From NCBI GenBank assembly GCA_002633005.1, contig NMRA01000054.1:1169535-1233534 (forward strand): a stretch of 64,000 bases of DNA. The letters are read 5' to 3'. The position numbers were made by a program, and so were the translations under genes. Positions 1 to 12,340 of the stretch are shown in pieces. Below the pieces are notes generated by a model. It was not told the origin of the DNA, made no database searches, and was given only the letters and a program-made list of their open reading frames with translations. The DNA comes from Phoronis australis (taxonomy: Eukaryota > Animalia > Phoronida). The stretch's first letter is position 1; the number at the start of each line of letters is the position of its first letter.

Positions 1-379
1 AATTATTAAGCGCACATTTTCAAGTCCGTTGAGACGACCTATGCTGCAAAAGCAGAGAACCCAAACAACAATATTCTGGCCAGGGCCCCCGAAGGGTAAA
101 CCGTGGACTGTCAAATGTTCTCTTTTTTCTCTCTTATCCATATTCGCAGTCTTTCTTTTCTCAACTGTCCGCGGCCTCTTTATATTGGTTGCGACGGTTT
201 AGCCCTGACGCATACAATTTTTTTTTGTTGGGGGGGGGGCATGTGCTTCCCAGGCCCCTCGCTTCATACGGCCACAAAACTACCACAACAAATAACAACA
301 CTCATGAATTTAAAATTTTACAGTGAGCAGACGGCAGTGGGTCAGAATACTCACTTAAGTTTGTTTTAAACTTACTTAA

Positions 380-1110
380 TCAATATTCGAAATTCTCAGG
401 TCTTAATCCAAATATCGAAAAACTCCATGTGTATACAGTGGTTCCATGAAACAATGTGAGACCTTATGTTCTCAAAAAATTTTAAGATGGACCAGTGAAG
501 CTTTTACCGTATTAGGAATTACATATAGCGAAGACTTGGAAAACATTCCAAATTTAACCTAGGATGAGAAAGTAAGGAAATAAATAAAGCATTGCATGTG
601 TGGTCTAGACAATGTTCAAATAATTCTATTACCAAAAATTAACTCATCTGTTTATCACTCTCCCGTCTCCTTTCAAAGCGTTTATAAGAAATAGACCAAA
701 CGTTTTTTAGTTTTAATTGGTTACAGAAAAGTGATAGAAAAGCTGGAAAAGATAATCCAGGATTATGACTGTGGAGTATGGAGAATGGTCCACTCTGCTT
801 CTTACACAAAGGCACTGAAACTTACGTGGGTCCGTAGATTAGCAAACGCAAACAAAGTTATAGATACATTTGACTGAAGCATTTTGGGAAAAGTTTAAAC
901 TTCTATGGTGTTTTGGAGATGAGTGTTGTAATGCGATCGACTCCGAAATTAAAAATAAGTTCTGGATGGAAAGTTTCCCATCTTAAAAGAATTTGTGTCA
1001 TTGACCCAGGAGACTTTGACGAACTTATAAAATCTTATTTATCAACCTTTCTGGTAGAACTCCTTATTTGCAAAAGGTCAGTATTTTCAAGTCGTGGAAC
1101 GATAGAGGAG
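380..1110 (+). mobile_element. Degenerate L1/Tx1-clade LINE ORF2 relic (region after the RT domain)
   Basis: Frameshifted peptides KFSGLNPNIEK, LGITYSEDL..IP, LHVWSRQ, ILLPK, IIQDYDCG, YTKALKLTWVRRL follow the order of the L1/Tx1 post-RT region. Many stops; boundaries approximate. Confidence 0.7.
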
Positions 1111-1379
1111 TAAGGAATAGATGGTTGAATTTTGAACACGTTTTTATTGAAAATAAAGCGACCATTGAGTGAGTGCGTGCTTGTATGTGTTCATTGTGTT
1201 TACATTGTAATATTTCATATTGATAATAAATCTACTCAAGGAGAAACAGGTAGTGCCTCAGTTGATGAGAAACAAAGAAATGATTCTCATAATGTGTTCG
1301 CAGCCTTTAATAGTACTTAGGTTATTTCGGACCGGGCCACTGCCTGATGTTCAGAGATTTCTGTACAGTAAACAAGTGA

Positions 1380-1720
1380 TCAAGGAGTGTACGAAAAACT
1401 GTACTACACTCCTTGAAGTGATCATGTTACGCGATTCTGGTTCTGTCAGAGTCATTGTTATGACTAACCTTCTTGATAGGTCCCAGACTACTGGTAAAGT
1501 CTCCAAGATTACTGAATTTACCACTGTATATCTCATCACAAAGAAGGTGAGACTGTGATTGGTTCACCTTATTTTGTTGGCACCGTGAGAACTGTGTGTG
1601 TTTACATGCATTCCAATGAGTGACCTGTTATTTGGTAATATAGATGGAGCAAGAGCCTAGGTAATGCTAAGTCTTATGGGTCGCCTGTGCCGGCCGATGT
1701 AATTACGACTAAATGTCAGG
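1380..1720 (+). mobile_element. Gypsy LTR-retrotransposon aspartic protease relic
   Basis: VIMLRDSGSVRVIV (catalytic D-S-G), then SQTTGK, SPYFVGTV, DLLFGNIDGAR, a pattern typical of invertebrate Gypsy protease regions. Confidence 0.65.
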
Positions 1721-2140
1721 TCATACATTGACGAGTGTTTTGGTGGACATAAGTGTGATGTTTCGATTAATTTCATGTACATGTTCACTGCATAGCTCCA
1801 CGTGTGTTTGGTACCAGTGATACTAGCCCTACATATGCGATTTGTAAAGTGGCCGATCTGAAATATAAGCCTGACTATCTATCCGACTAATCCTCAAACA
1901 TAAACACTAGGGATTACGCGACTAAGCTTGTCACCAAAATGAGTCGTTTTCTAATGAAGATGATACACTGGTATATATTGTAGCACTTTTGTAGCCAGAG
2001 CGTCTACTTCAAAAGAGACAGATGTGCACTGGTAAGAAGTATTTGCTTGTTATCATTAACTAATTCGTGATAGAGAGTAAATGTGTCCTGACGCATAACT
2101 GCTGGTAAATACAATTCGTATATTTGTTTCTCCCCAACAG

Positions 2141-2257
2141 AACGTTTGGCAAGAGAGTGTGCGACAGAAGGCGGAATACTCTGCGGTTTCTGTGTTCCCC
2201 GGATAAATATTTGTGATGGTGTGAACAACTGTCACGATGGCATAGACGAGCTGTCTT
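2141..2257 (+). CDS. Host gene exon: LDL-receptor class A (LDLa) module
   Basis: Acceptor tttctccccaacag|, donor |gtaagt, phase 1/1. Reads RLARECATEGGILCGFCVPRINICDGVNNCHDGIDELS(C). The sixth Cys is completed by splicing T+GT into the next exon. Confidence 0.9.
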
Positions 2258-2554
2258 GTAAGTGATCTAACGACAAGAAGCACCACGTTTTAAACATGTA
2301 TGAAGTGGTCATCGGGAGGACATTACTTTAGAGCATAGGGTGATTTAGGGTAGGGATGGTAGGGTAAGAGGTCACGGGCACTCTAAACACTACCGGAAAA
2401 GCCTATCATTTCAAATTTAGGTGTGATTTAAATATTATTTCCAATGCGGCGTCCTAGACCAGCCTGTGTATGACGATGTGGTTGATAACGACAATGACGA
2501 GAGTATAGTGGGGCTGCCAACTAATTTTATCTGGTAATGAAATTACGTTTTTAG

Positions 2555-2767
2555 GTGATTATAACGTGGCATACAAGAAATCCACGAAAATGAGTTCCAC
2601 ACATCCAGTAGGAAATGGAGAGAATGCCGTTGACGGCAACAGAAACCCAAACTATGAAATGTCTTCTTGCATCCATACTGACTCTGATACGTATGCTTGG
2701 TGGCAAGTGGACCTCGTTGAAGACCATTGGGTCTTGGGAGTAGATATTGTCAACTTGGTCAAGCCTG
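2555..2767 (+). CDS. Host gene exon: F-type lectin (fucolectin/FTP) domain 1, N-terminal half
   Basis: Acceptor tttttag|, donor |gtaagt, phase 1/1. DYNVAYKKSTKMSS...NAVDGNRNPNYEMSSCIHTDSDTYAWWQVDL...VDIVN carries the FTP signatures NVA, AVDG, CxHT and WWxVDL. Confidence 0.92.
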
Positions 2768-4179
2768 GTAAGTCTCCGATACGCTTCTCTCGGTGTACAG
2801 AAATTTTTTAAAAACCCGCCTTCCGCCAAGAAAATTTTAATTTTCATCGCTTACATTAAATAGGTCCGTTTAATCCTAATTAATGGTCTTTGAGAGGCAT
2901 ACACGTTAATGAAATGTCTTTTCGCCTGCCTAGTTTTTTGCTTTTATCGCGTAAATTTTGGTTTTTGTGTTAAAAATTGCACTCATTTCCGGACAAAATT
3001 GGTTGAGCCCTCGGCTGATACATCACGTCTGGGTCCTGGTCAGTCAGTTACAATCAACACTAATTGTGTTTTCGCAACCAAGAAGCAAAAGTGGTTCACA
3101 CGTTTTAATGCGAATTTTGCGTTACAATTTCAAGTGCTGTCTTTTCAGTCAAAACTTCAAAAAATATTCCAATGACTTATTGTAACGGTTTACTAACGAC
3201 ACGGCTTAGCAGGGTGACGTTTCGGAGAACACAGTCTCTGACCTCAAGGCGAAGGGAGCGACTGTCTCCTACAGAATGTGTCAGAGAAACGGGAAAATAA
3301 AACTAGGACAGGAATTGCATAGTAGAGCACTTCATATTCGGAAATCAATCTGCTGATTTTCGTCTTTCTTATATATATTTCAAGGGCAATTCGCTTCTGT
3401 CATTGTTGAATCTTAACTGAAGCGCCTTGGAGGCTTAAACAATACCAAAATTATGTTATGATCCTGAATTGTTGCAGAATGAGGCGTCCCTGTTTTATGA
3501 ACAGTGCTGCCCCCAGCTTCATAAGATGGGGGAGCTCACCCCCTCTCCCCGATTCCTGCGCTTGTCAGACGGCAGTCCCAGTCCCGTCGAAGTGTGTAAT
3601 CCGTCATTTTGAAATGTATCAGATAGCACTACAAGGGAACACTTTACGATTTTTAAACGCACTGATACGCCGTAAAATGTAACAATTTCGTTAAGAGTAA
3701 CAATTGTTATATTTTTCGTCTATAATACATTTTGCGTTGCTAGGCCTCTCCTAAAATGCAAGAAGTTGTTAAATTTTATGTAATTTTACAATTTACGTTA
3801 AATGCGCATGCGAGAAATGTAACGCTGTTACATTTTACGAAAGCGACGTCACATTTCATGCGTTTGCATGGTATTAGTCACACGGAGGAAAACGGTTCCC
3901 ACACTTAACGGCTCCTTCCTGGGATTGTTTGAATGAGATCCTACCCTATTGATGTGTCCCTATGTTCCATTGTTTTTTTAGCATAAATTAGTTTCTTGGT
4001 ATAATCAAAAATGTACCCCGCATAATTTCAACTTCAGACGAAAGAAGTTTCCAAGATCAGGTAACAAGTTCGTTGTTGTTAAAGCGTTCTTGCAATCTTT
4101 TGCTGGCGCTCACAGGTCATAAACTAATTGTGTATCTGGCATTATATAGACATTTATATTGACAGTACGAAAGTTTGTT

Positions 4180-6555
4180 CTGAAATTCCGGGGTCATTGT
4201 CTTCCTCAGAGCAATATCTTGGTCGTAACTGGTCAATGTGATGATGTCAAATCGGTCCGTCGGGCATCACATTACTTTGACTAAACGTGATCCTAAAACT
4301 TGTGATGCAACGGCGGATACCCATCTTGGATCTTTGGCCTGCCGGGCACCAAAACGCAATGCATAGCATGGTATACCAAATCTGTACTTGTGAATCTTCG
4401 ATACCGCTCCCTCAGACTCAGACGTTTGGACTTCATTGCTAGTCGAGATTGTTTTCCTTGATACACATGAACAAGTGAAGGCAGCAAACCGTCCAGTTTG
4501 CACCGAATTTGCCTTCCATTTAAAAGTTCGCATGGAGAATACCCACAATCTAGATGCTGCAAGAAACATCCTTGTAAAGCACTCTTTGGTGTTACTGAAG
4601 ATTTTCGCAAAGATTGTTTGAAAGTTTAAACTAGGCGTTCTGCTGCACCGTTTGTAGCAGGATGATGAGGAGCACCTGTGAGATGTACAATACTTCGTTC
4701 CTGACACCAATGCTGGAATTCTTCCGATTTAAAACTTGCTGCGTTATCAGTCATCAACGTAAAAGGATAACCAAAATGCGCGAACTCTTTTCAAGCAATT
4801 CTGTTGTTGTTTTCGTTGACAAAGAATTTGTTGGGTGTATACAGGGGTACTTTGAAAAATGCATCTATCATGACTAACCAATTGGTCCCAAAATTGATGT
4901 CATGATCAACGTGAACACGAATCCATGGCTTTTCTGGTAACATCCACGGACGAATAGCCGATTTTGGTGGTTTGTTCTGGTGTTCACCACAAATAGTACA
5001 ATGAGCACAAGTTCTTCGGTATCTTTGTCAATGTGAGGCCAATAAACTACAGTTCGTGCAAGTTGCTTCATTCTTTGCATCCTAAAAGGCCCAATATGAA
5101 GCAAATCCGACACTTGTTTTCGCAATCTTTTTGGAATAACTATTCGTGCACCATGAAATAGACAACCGCTTTGTGTTGTCAGTGTTTCACCTAATTTTCT
5201 ATAGTATTTCAATGCCTCGTGTCCATCCTTCTTTGATGTACTGCATTGCCATTGAAATTTTAGAATCTTTTAAGAATTACATAGTGAGGAATTTGGATTT
5301 AACAGGATTCAATTGGAGTCTTATCTGTTTAACAGAACAAACAACATTCACGCCTGCTTGCTCTTCTTCCCTGTCAAATTGCGGATCTTTACCACATGGT
5401 AAACGACTCAATGCATCTGCATTTGAATGATCAGAGGTCTTCCAATATTCTATTGAATATTCATACTGCCATTGCAGGAACTCCTTTTGGTGGTGCGAAA
5501 ATAGAAACTAAAGGTTTGTGGTCAATAACCAAAATAAATCGTCGTCCGTAAATAATGATGAAATTTCTTTAGCGTGAAAATGATTGCAAGAGCCTCCTGC
5601 TGAATTTGACTGTATTTTCTTCGCGTGTCTGTGAGAGACTTTGAAACATTAGCAATCGGTAGTTCACTTCCATCTAGATAGCGATGAAAAACAAAAGCTC
5701 TAATCCCAACATTAGAAGTATCTCAAGCAATTACCAATTGTTTTGCCGGGCCAAACTGAACAGGAACTGCGTCTATACATAGGATTTATTTTAAACTTTG
5801 AAGAAATGAATTCTCCTCAGAATCCCATCTCCAAGGCATATCTTTACGTGTTAGACGGTTCAGAGGATCAGTTAAAGTAGCTAAATTCGGAATGAATTTT
5901 CCATAGAACTGTAACGACCCAAGAAAAGAACGCAGATGGGAAACATCCGATGGTGCTGGCGTCTTTAAAATAACATCTACCTTATTTCCCTTTCTAATGC
6001 CTTCATGAGAAAGCATTTGACCAAGACATTCTACAGTCTTTTGGTCAAAAAGGCATTTATCCAAACGACATCTCATGCCATTATCTTGCAAGCGTTGAAG
6101 TAAACGCCGCAAGTTTTGTAGATGTCTTTCAGAATTGCGACCGCTCACTAAAATATCTCCTAAGTTGTCCCACCACGCCATGTAAATCAGTAGTCAATTT
6201 GCCCATAATATCCTGGAAATAACCAGGGGCTGAGCTAATGCCAAATGGCAACCTCTTTTGTAGAAGAACTCCACGATGTGTGAATAGTGCCAGACGTCTT
6301 TGACATTCCGGTGTTAATTTAATCTGATTATATGCATCAGCTAAATCTATTTTTCATGAAACAAAAATAGCCACTGAGCTTTCGCATTAGATCTTCCGGC
6401 AGGGGTAGCGGATGACGGTGAGTTTAAAGTCGAGGCCTTATCGATACTGAAGAATCTCCACATACTCTTAACTTCCGTTTACTTTGTCCAGGAAGCGATG
6501 CTTTTCTTATAGGGACAACATGTGTTCCGTACTCGTTGAATTGTGTTGTCTACCT
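4180..6555 (-). mobile_element. Degenerate Gypsy LTR-retrotransposon pol (RT-RNaseH-integrase)
   Basis: Minus-strand fragments DILVSGRNSERHLQNL...LRSFLGSLQFYGKFIPNL (RT), LLHIG..RMKQLARTVVYWPHIDKD (integrase zinc region) and HHIDQLRPRY (C-terminus). Frameshifts and stops throughout. Confidence 0.92.
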
Positions 6556-6946
6556 TTCTTTTCAATAGGACTAAAGAGACATGAATACAAGACAGAATAA
6601 AATTTCTAAGCTCACCAAAAATGTTAATTCCCTGCATACGGTGGCGAAAAGGTGACAAGTCTTTTGATGTGTGCTCTGTCAGATAAAACCCAAAAAGAAG
6701 TTTTCTGCGCCCCCTTCAGTAGCGAAAATATTAGCACCATCTACAGGAAATGACTCACAAGTGTATCTGGACTTTACTATTGGGTAGGGAGGCATACGAC
6801 ATAACTTTGTCCGAAGGTAGGGTAGAATTTCACCCCTCTCTGATCATGACTTGTTTCACTTCTTTGGTGGTCAATTTACGACCCCCGTGTCCTCGCCTAA
6901 TACGCCTATGGTTCCGATGTATCCGATGTAATTTTTTCACTTTCAG

Positions 6947-7168
6947 ATGACTGCAAAAGCAGTAACGCACAAAATGCTTATTCTGGTACTGCACGACGGA
7001 CAAGCCAGGGCGGAAAACCGTGCGTTGATTGGTATTACGGGATTACCAAGTTCCGTGAGCTTCCCGAAAACTTCTGTCGCAACCCGGACGGCAGGTCCTC
7101 CGGACCTTGGTGTTTTTCGAAGAAGGGCGGAGAGGAATGGTTGCCTTGTAACATTGCAAAATGTGGAA
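6947..7168 (+). CDS. Host gene exon: kringle domain
   Basis: Acceptor ttttttcactttcag|, donor |gtaagt, phase 1/1. DCKSSNAQNAYSGTARRTSQGGKPCVDW...ENFCRNPDGRSSGPWCFSKKGGEEWLPCNIAKCG has 6 Cys and the NFCRNPD / PWC kringle signature. This frame is absent from the ORF track. Confidence 0.95.
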
Positions 7169-7229
7169 GTAAGTGGGTTTCTTTCCTTGTCGAAGCACGT
7201 TTTGATATTACAATTTTTAGTACATTTAT

Positions 7230-7845
7230 TCCCGATAACTCAAAGCGTTCTTTTCTCGCATGGCTACCTCTTCTAAACCGGGCTGCGGGATGGAGACCGG
7301 CAAAGTGGGGAGGTAGAAATCTATTACATGAAGTTCTGCAAGATATAGGTTGAAATAATATCCAGTCCTTTCTGTTAACACCTTTTTCTGTTGACTGTCA
7401 TGGTTTAAGATCAACAATTCTTTCTTGATGTTGTATTTTCATACATTTTGATTTTTTCAGTACTTTGTATCGTCACATGAGTTTATTCTGCTGTGAAAAG
7501 AAAGAAAAGTAGACAAAAGATGTCCACTTTTATTTGTTGTTTCCGTAAGAGTTGAAATCTAGAGATAAGCACTTTTTTCGTTCAAGCCCAAGGGGGAGCT
7601 TCAGATACCGACAGAATACTCATCAGATAATTATTTGATAGGCATCACGATGTACAGTCTCTAAAAATGCCAGTTACACATATTTGAGAAACAACAAGGT
7701 CAATAGATTTAATTATTGTATCCTGCACCATCTTTGCGTATCACAAACTTTCACCATAGCATCTCATTACTACACATCACCTTACTCTGTAGCAAGGATT
7801 GCTGTTGTGTAAAGAAAGTCCTACCTGCAAATGTTTGAATGCAGG
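7230..7845. repeat. Old interspersed repeat (probably a LINE relic); second copy split between ~31850-31997 and ~40095-40310
   Basis: atcgtcacatgag(t/a)ttattctgctgtg...gggagcttcagat recurs at 31861-31996. atgtacagt(c/t)tctaaaaatgccagtta recurs near 40142. Confidence 0.65.
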
Positions 7846-7869
7846 CATAAGGGCCATTACGTTTCATAC

Positions 7870-8830
7870 AAGGGTTGTACTTCGGGAGCAAGTTTTCGGT
7901 TATACAGAATTGGTTAAACGCACGACACTTTTCATTGCTCACAGTCTTTATTCCGTTACGTTCATACCTTCGGAACATAACTCTTCTCTCAACTGAACAT
8001 AGATTAAGTAACTGACCTAGCGACATAATTAAAAGACTCACGATATTTCGAAACATACTTGTTTCATTCTCAAGTGAAGATAAAATGACGCAGTAATGCC
8101 ACCGCAGAGCATAAGCTGATGACACACACAGTGAGACACGGCGGGTGTGGAACACTGCAAAGAATGAGTAATGAACGGGGGTAACAGGAAAGTCACGCAA
8201 ACAAGTGTAACGTGCGGCGCGACCCTGTTTGCTGCTCATTCAAAACAGGCTTCTTAAAAGCAATTAAAAGGGACTTTAATACTTTCAATCGCAGTACATC
8301 GTGCTCCACGTAGCGAATTGACGTGTTTTCCACAATTTCTTGACGGGTGATTTTACGTTCGTGACATTGCAGAAAATGATCTTGGATGGCGCCATTTTGA
8401 AGATGCATAGATAACCGACGGGAAAGATTGCAAACCGTTTGACCAATGTAACATTGTTTGACGTTTGAACGAAGACATTCGTTCATAGGGCACACAAACT
8501 CATAAACAACACTACACTGTGCAACGGGGTGGACTTTCGCTTTAGAAATGTTATTTTTCATTAACAAGTTAGAGGACTTCCTATTCCGATAAATAAATAA
8601 TAACATCGAGGTAATCATCAGACTTACAAACTTTAACAATATATCTAATAATTTTCTTAATGGCGTGATCGTCCTGGAGGTAATTATTAGACATGACATT
8701 TTTGTAAAATATCTTTTTGGTCACGCCGGTCCGACGTGCAGGGACCTCATAGCTAATTCTGTCCACAAAAGCATTGGTGTACCCATTATTCACCAGTGTT
8801 TGTAGATCGCATAAGACAAGCTGGTTGATA
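7870..8830 (-). mobile_element. Penelope-like retroelement fragment: GIY-YIG C-terminus, then a pseudo-LTR with the restart of the ORF
   Basis: VVYEFVCP...YIGQTVCNLSRRLSMHLQNGAIQDHF...LRLKVLKSLLIAFKKPVLNEQ is a GIY-YIG domain. Downstream, MSLGQLLNL...RRYE...FNQFCITENLLPKY resembles a Penelope ORF N-terminus. Confidence 0.9.
8037..8078 (-). ncRNA. Minimal type-I hammerhead ribozyme (U3-A8 core variant) in the Penelope pseudo-LTR
   Basis: Minus strand UUCAC-UUGAGAA-U-GAAAC(aaguau)GUUUC-GAAA-UA-UC-GUGAG: stem I UUCAC/GUGAG, perfect 5-bp stem II, palindromic minimal stem III. Confidence 0.7.
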
Positions 8831-8834
8831 ATCG

Positions 8835-9424
8835 TGCCAGTCCCGGCGGCTGCGACGCCGGGGCCTGATCGGGTTCCGAGCCACTGGCTGGGATAACGAG
8901 TCAGTCCGGCCGCGACAGGCCTGATCGGGTTCCGAGCCACTGGCCGGGATAACAAGCGTTTTGTGTGCTTAGAACTAAAAAAATCAATATAAACAACACA
9001 GATGTAGGTTCTCCTGTCTGTATTTCACGGAAGAACACTTCGAATTTATCTCCGAACAGACCCCAAACTCCTGCTACGGACCTGGGTAAATTGGCCTGCC
9101 GAACTTTGTAGGCTACGGATACCAGTAAATCCGTAACAACGAAATGAAACAACACGTTTTTATAAGAACTCTGTGTATTTTAAGGGTTTTACATCGAAGT
9201 TTGATGATTTATTGGTGTTAAACGATGAATTCAAGCGAGAAGCTGACACCAGTAACCCGTGGTGTGAACTACTCACTGAAACCAATAACGTCATTGGATA
9301 ATTTCAACACCTCCGTCTGCCGTCAGGTGTCAGGTAACGCAACCGAACGTGCCGTTCTCGAGTAGAACTACTCGATCTAAATTGATACAAAATAGGTTGT
9401 TTTTTGGGTGGTATTCTCCTTTAA
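8835..9424 (+). mobile_element. Kolobok-family right-end fragment (copy C)
   Basis: Ends gggtggtattctcct|ttaa. It is the diverged reverse complement of ~23038-23610 and has a ~57-bp internal tandem repeat at ~8860-8955. Confidence 0.8.
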
Positions 9425-9429
9425 CAGAA

Positions 9430-10260
9430 GTCGACCCCACACCCCGCGACCCACAGCCCCCACGACCCACAGCCCCCACGACCCACAACCCCCTCGACCC
9501 GCTACCAGACGACCAGTGGCATTTGCGCTTTTTACACATTTCATAATCATATTACGTCAGTGAATGACTTTATCACGCGAATCTTCTATGGATCAAGTCT
9601 GGTGGTTAAAAATATAATGTGGCGTGAGACCGTGATCAGAAATATACGATTATGAGCGTGCTTCTGATTGTTGTCTCGGAAATAGTTCCACGAGTGGAAA
9701 CCAATGGCCTTGTTCCACTAAAATTTCGAATACGTACATAATTTCACGTTTTTATTATTTGCTAACTGTTGTGTACTCGTTTACAGTATACTGCATTCAA
9801 CATTGAGATACGTTTATATTTAACTGTTTTTTCAAACCCTGTTTACTGCACGTCGGTTCCACGCACTCTTCCAAAAAGCTTGATTTTGCCATTCACAAAG
9901 AGCAGACGATACGATTACATTCTACCGGGAACGACATTTGTAACGTTGGTAGGTCTTTGATTTCCTGGCGCCGTTTTTTTCGTTTTTGGCTTTCAGACTT
10001 CCCGAATCGACTCTCTTAATTGCAGAAAACAGAGAAATGCCAGCCGAGCTCACGGCCCGACTGGTTGGTCCTGCAAGTCAGCGCTTGTTCTATGTTCAGA
10101 TAGAGTCGAACTTGTGTAGAGTGGGTCAAGGGCGCTGTGGGTCGTGTGTTGAGGGCGCTGTAGGTCGTGCGTCAATGGGTCGTGAGTCCTGGGTATCGGG
10201 GGTCGTGGGGATCGTAAGGTGTGGGGGTCGAAAGGGTCAAGGGGGGTTTCAAAATAACCC
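9430..10260. mobile_element. MITE with inverted subterminal CCCC(T/A)CGACCCAC repeats, left end lost
   Basis: cgacccac arrays at 9430-9500 and inverted gtgggtcg arrays at 10120-10240, ending gggtttcaaaataaccc. Same design as 53642-54744. Confidence 0.65.
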
Positions 10261-11849
10261 AGTACTACCATATTACTGTCGGCAGTATGTCACGGTGTAT
10301 TCAGTGGTCGTATTCACCCCAATGTGGGACAATTATAGGATATCCCATGTACATGGGAATACTACTTCCATATCCTATCGAGAATTCATTTCATCTGGGA
10401 ATGTCCCAACGAGACCGAAGAAGTCCAGATAGGATATCGCAGTATTCTTCATATGTATGTTGGATAATCTATTTATCCCATATATTTGGATTTATTTGCA
10501 TCATCGTGGCAATACCTTGTTGCCGTGTGATCCGGTTTGTTGTTATATGACGTCATATGTATGCCAAGCACGGTTCCAAAACTGGTTAAGCTGCAACACA
10601 GTCTGTGAAAGTGTTGAATTTACCAGTACAGTTTTATTTCGTAATTAATTGATCGGAATTTTCTTGATTGTGAAATATACAAGTTAAAACACTGAACCAT
10701 TCAATTACGTCAAAAGTTTGTCGGAAACTTAGAAACAATCCATCCGGGAATATAAAAGTTGAAACATTCCCTGAACTGAGTTGTTTGCAACAGCTTGTGG
10801 TTTTAGCTTCGGTGAATTTCTTAGTTTTTTGGTCTTTTTTCATGTCTTAGCTCCTGGACTGTACATTGTAATAGAAGCATTTCCCTGGGTTGATCACAGC
10901 ATTGGAAAATAACTGTGGAAATCGTGCTGATTCGCAGACCTTGAGCTAAGGACTATCGCAAAGCAGACAAAGTTTTACGCCACGGCCGGCAGCCGAAAGT
11001 TGAACGCTTGGAGCAGATGATTGCCTCAATAAAAAAGCACACACTCGTTATTAGGTCTTGATTTTCTGTACAGACCTTAGATCTCAGGATAGATATACTG
11101 TATGCATCCGGAATGAAAACTTTTTGTTTGGATTTGAAAAAGATGTTGACAGATTTTACTAGCCGGTGACCTTACATAGTTTGACCTAGTTATATGTATG
11201 ATGACCCAGATTGAAACTTCAGCGAGGCCCCAAAACAGCCGCATGATCACCGTGCGTCGTAATTTTCATCGGTAAATCTTTTCTGCTTTGAGAGGAATAA
11301 AACTGCTTTTTCAGGAGCGATGACTTGAATTAATGATTAAGATAACCCAATTGATTGAGCCCAATAAAATTTGGCGTTGTACACGCGGATTTACTCCACC
11401 AGCAGACTGCACACCAACCGTGAAATACGGCTTCTACCGTTGAATACGGCTTCTGTCGTGATATACGGATTGGCTCTACTTTCCCCCTTACATCACAGTT
11501 GAATACGTCACATATACATTGGCCATATTTTCATATATATGGGAAAAATATAAATACACATGCAAAAATACACATATGTATATCTATATCCAAATAAGGA
11601 ATATTTCGTAAAAGTTTTGTCGTTTAGTTCAATTAATGTTACAGCCAAAAGTGGTATCATACAGCGATTGTCTTCACCTGTCACATGACAACCTAGCCAA
11701 CATTATGTTGTTGTCTACACCAAATTGTTTCCAGGCGGGGGAATTTTATCCCTGTCATCGTTAAACACTAATGAGATCTGATTTATTGTTGTAATCAGCA
11801 ATATATTTCTATTGTGTAGGTTCTTAAATTAAGTACCGGTACATCTGCT

Positions 11850-12340
11850 TTATTGAAAAAGTGGTGGCAATGGAGTGATTTCCACTTAATAAACGCTGGA
11901 CGAAGGATGTGGTATCGGGTTGTCTGTGAATGATAGGGAAAAACAATGAATTTATGTAGTGATACTCTCATGAAATCTCAAAACTTTTAATTTTTGAGAA
12001 TTAGGAATGCACCACATAACCCTCAGGCATGTCCTCGAGAAAAAGCGCAGCATTTTAAATCGATGTTGTTGGTTCTTTCGTTGTGTTATTAGCGATACGA
12101 TTCTCATACATTAAATTTTCTATTTCTATTGCCATTTTAGGAGTCCAAAAGTTTATTGTAGCAAAGATACTCGCATCCTTTACTCCTCTCGGCTCATGTT
12201 CAATACATTTGACGAAATGCGTCGGGATAATTTCGTGCAATAATTCTTTTCAGAAACCGACGATGCCAACCAATTCAGTCTCATTCTCGGAGGCGTGAAG
12301 CTCTGGTGGAGGTGTAATGATTACAAAACATCAGAACCTC
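11850..12340 (-). mobile_element. Possible highly decayed piggyBac-type transposase relic
   Basis: Only fragmentary minus-strand motifs (IITPPPE..SENE, NRIA/YA, GYV) in a PGBD-like order; weak. Confidence 0.3.

Noticed and set aside
6947-7276. ORF-track 109-aa protein MTAKAVTHK...
   Set aside because: Wrong frame; the real coding frame here is the spliced kringle exon.
9986-10550. 148-aa and 109-aa ORFs
   Set aside because: They run through G-rich MITE repeats; no domain features or splice support.
10940-11010. ggc..gccgaaag hammerhead-like fragment
   Set aside because: No CUGANGA/UUGANAA core at the correct position before the stem.
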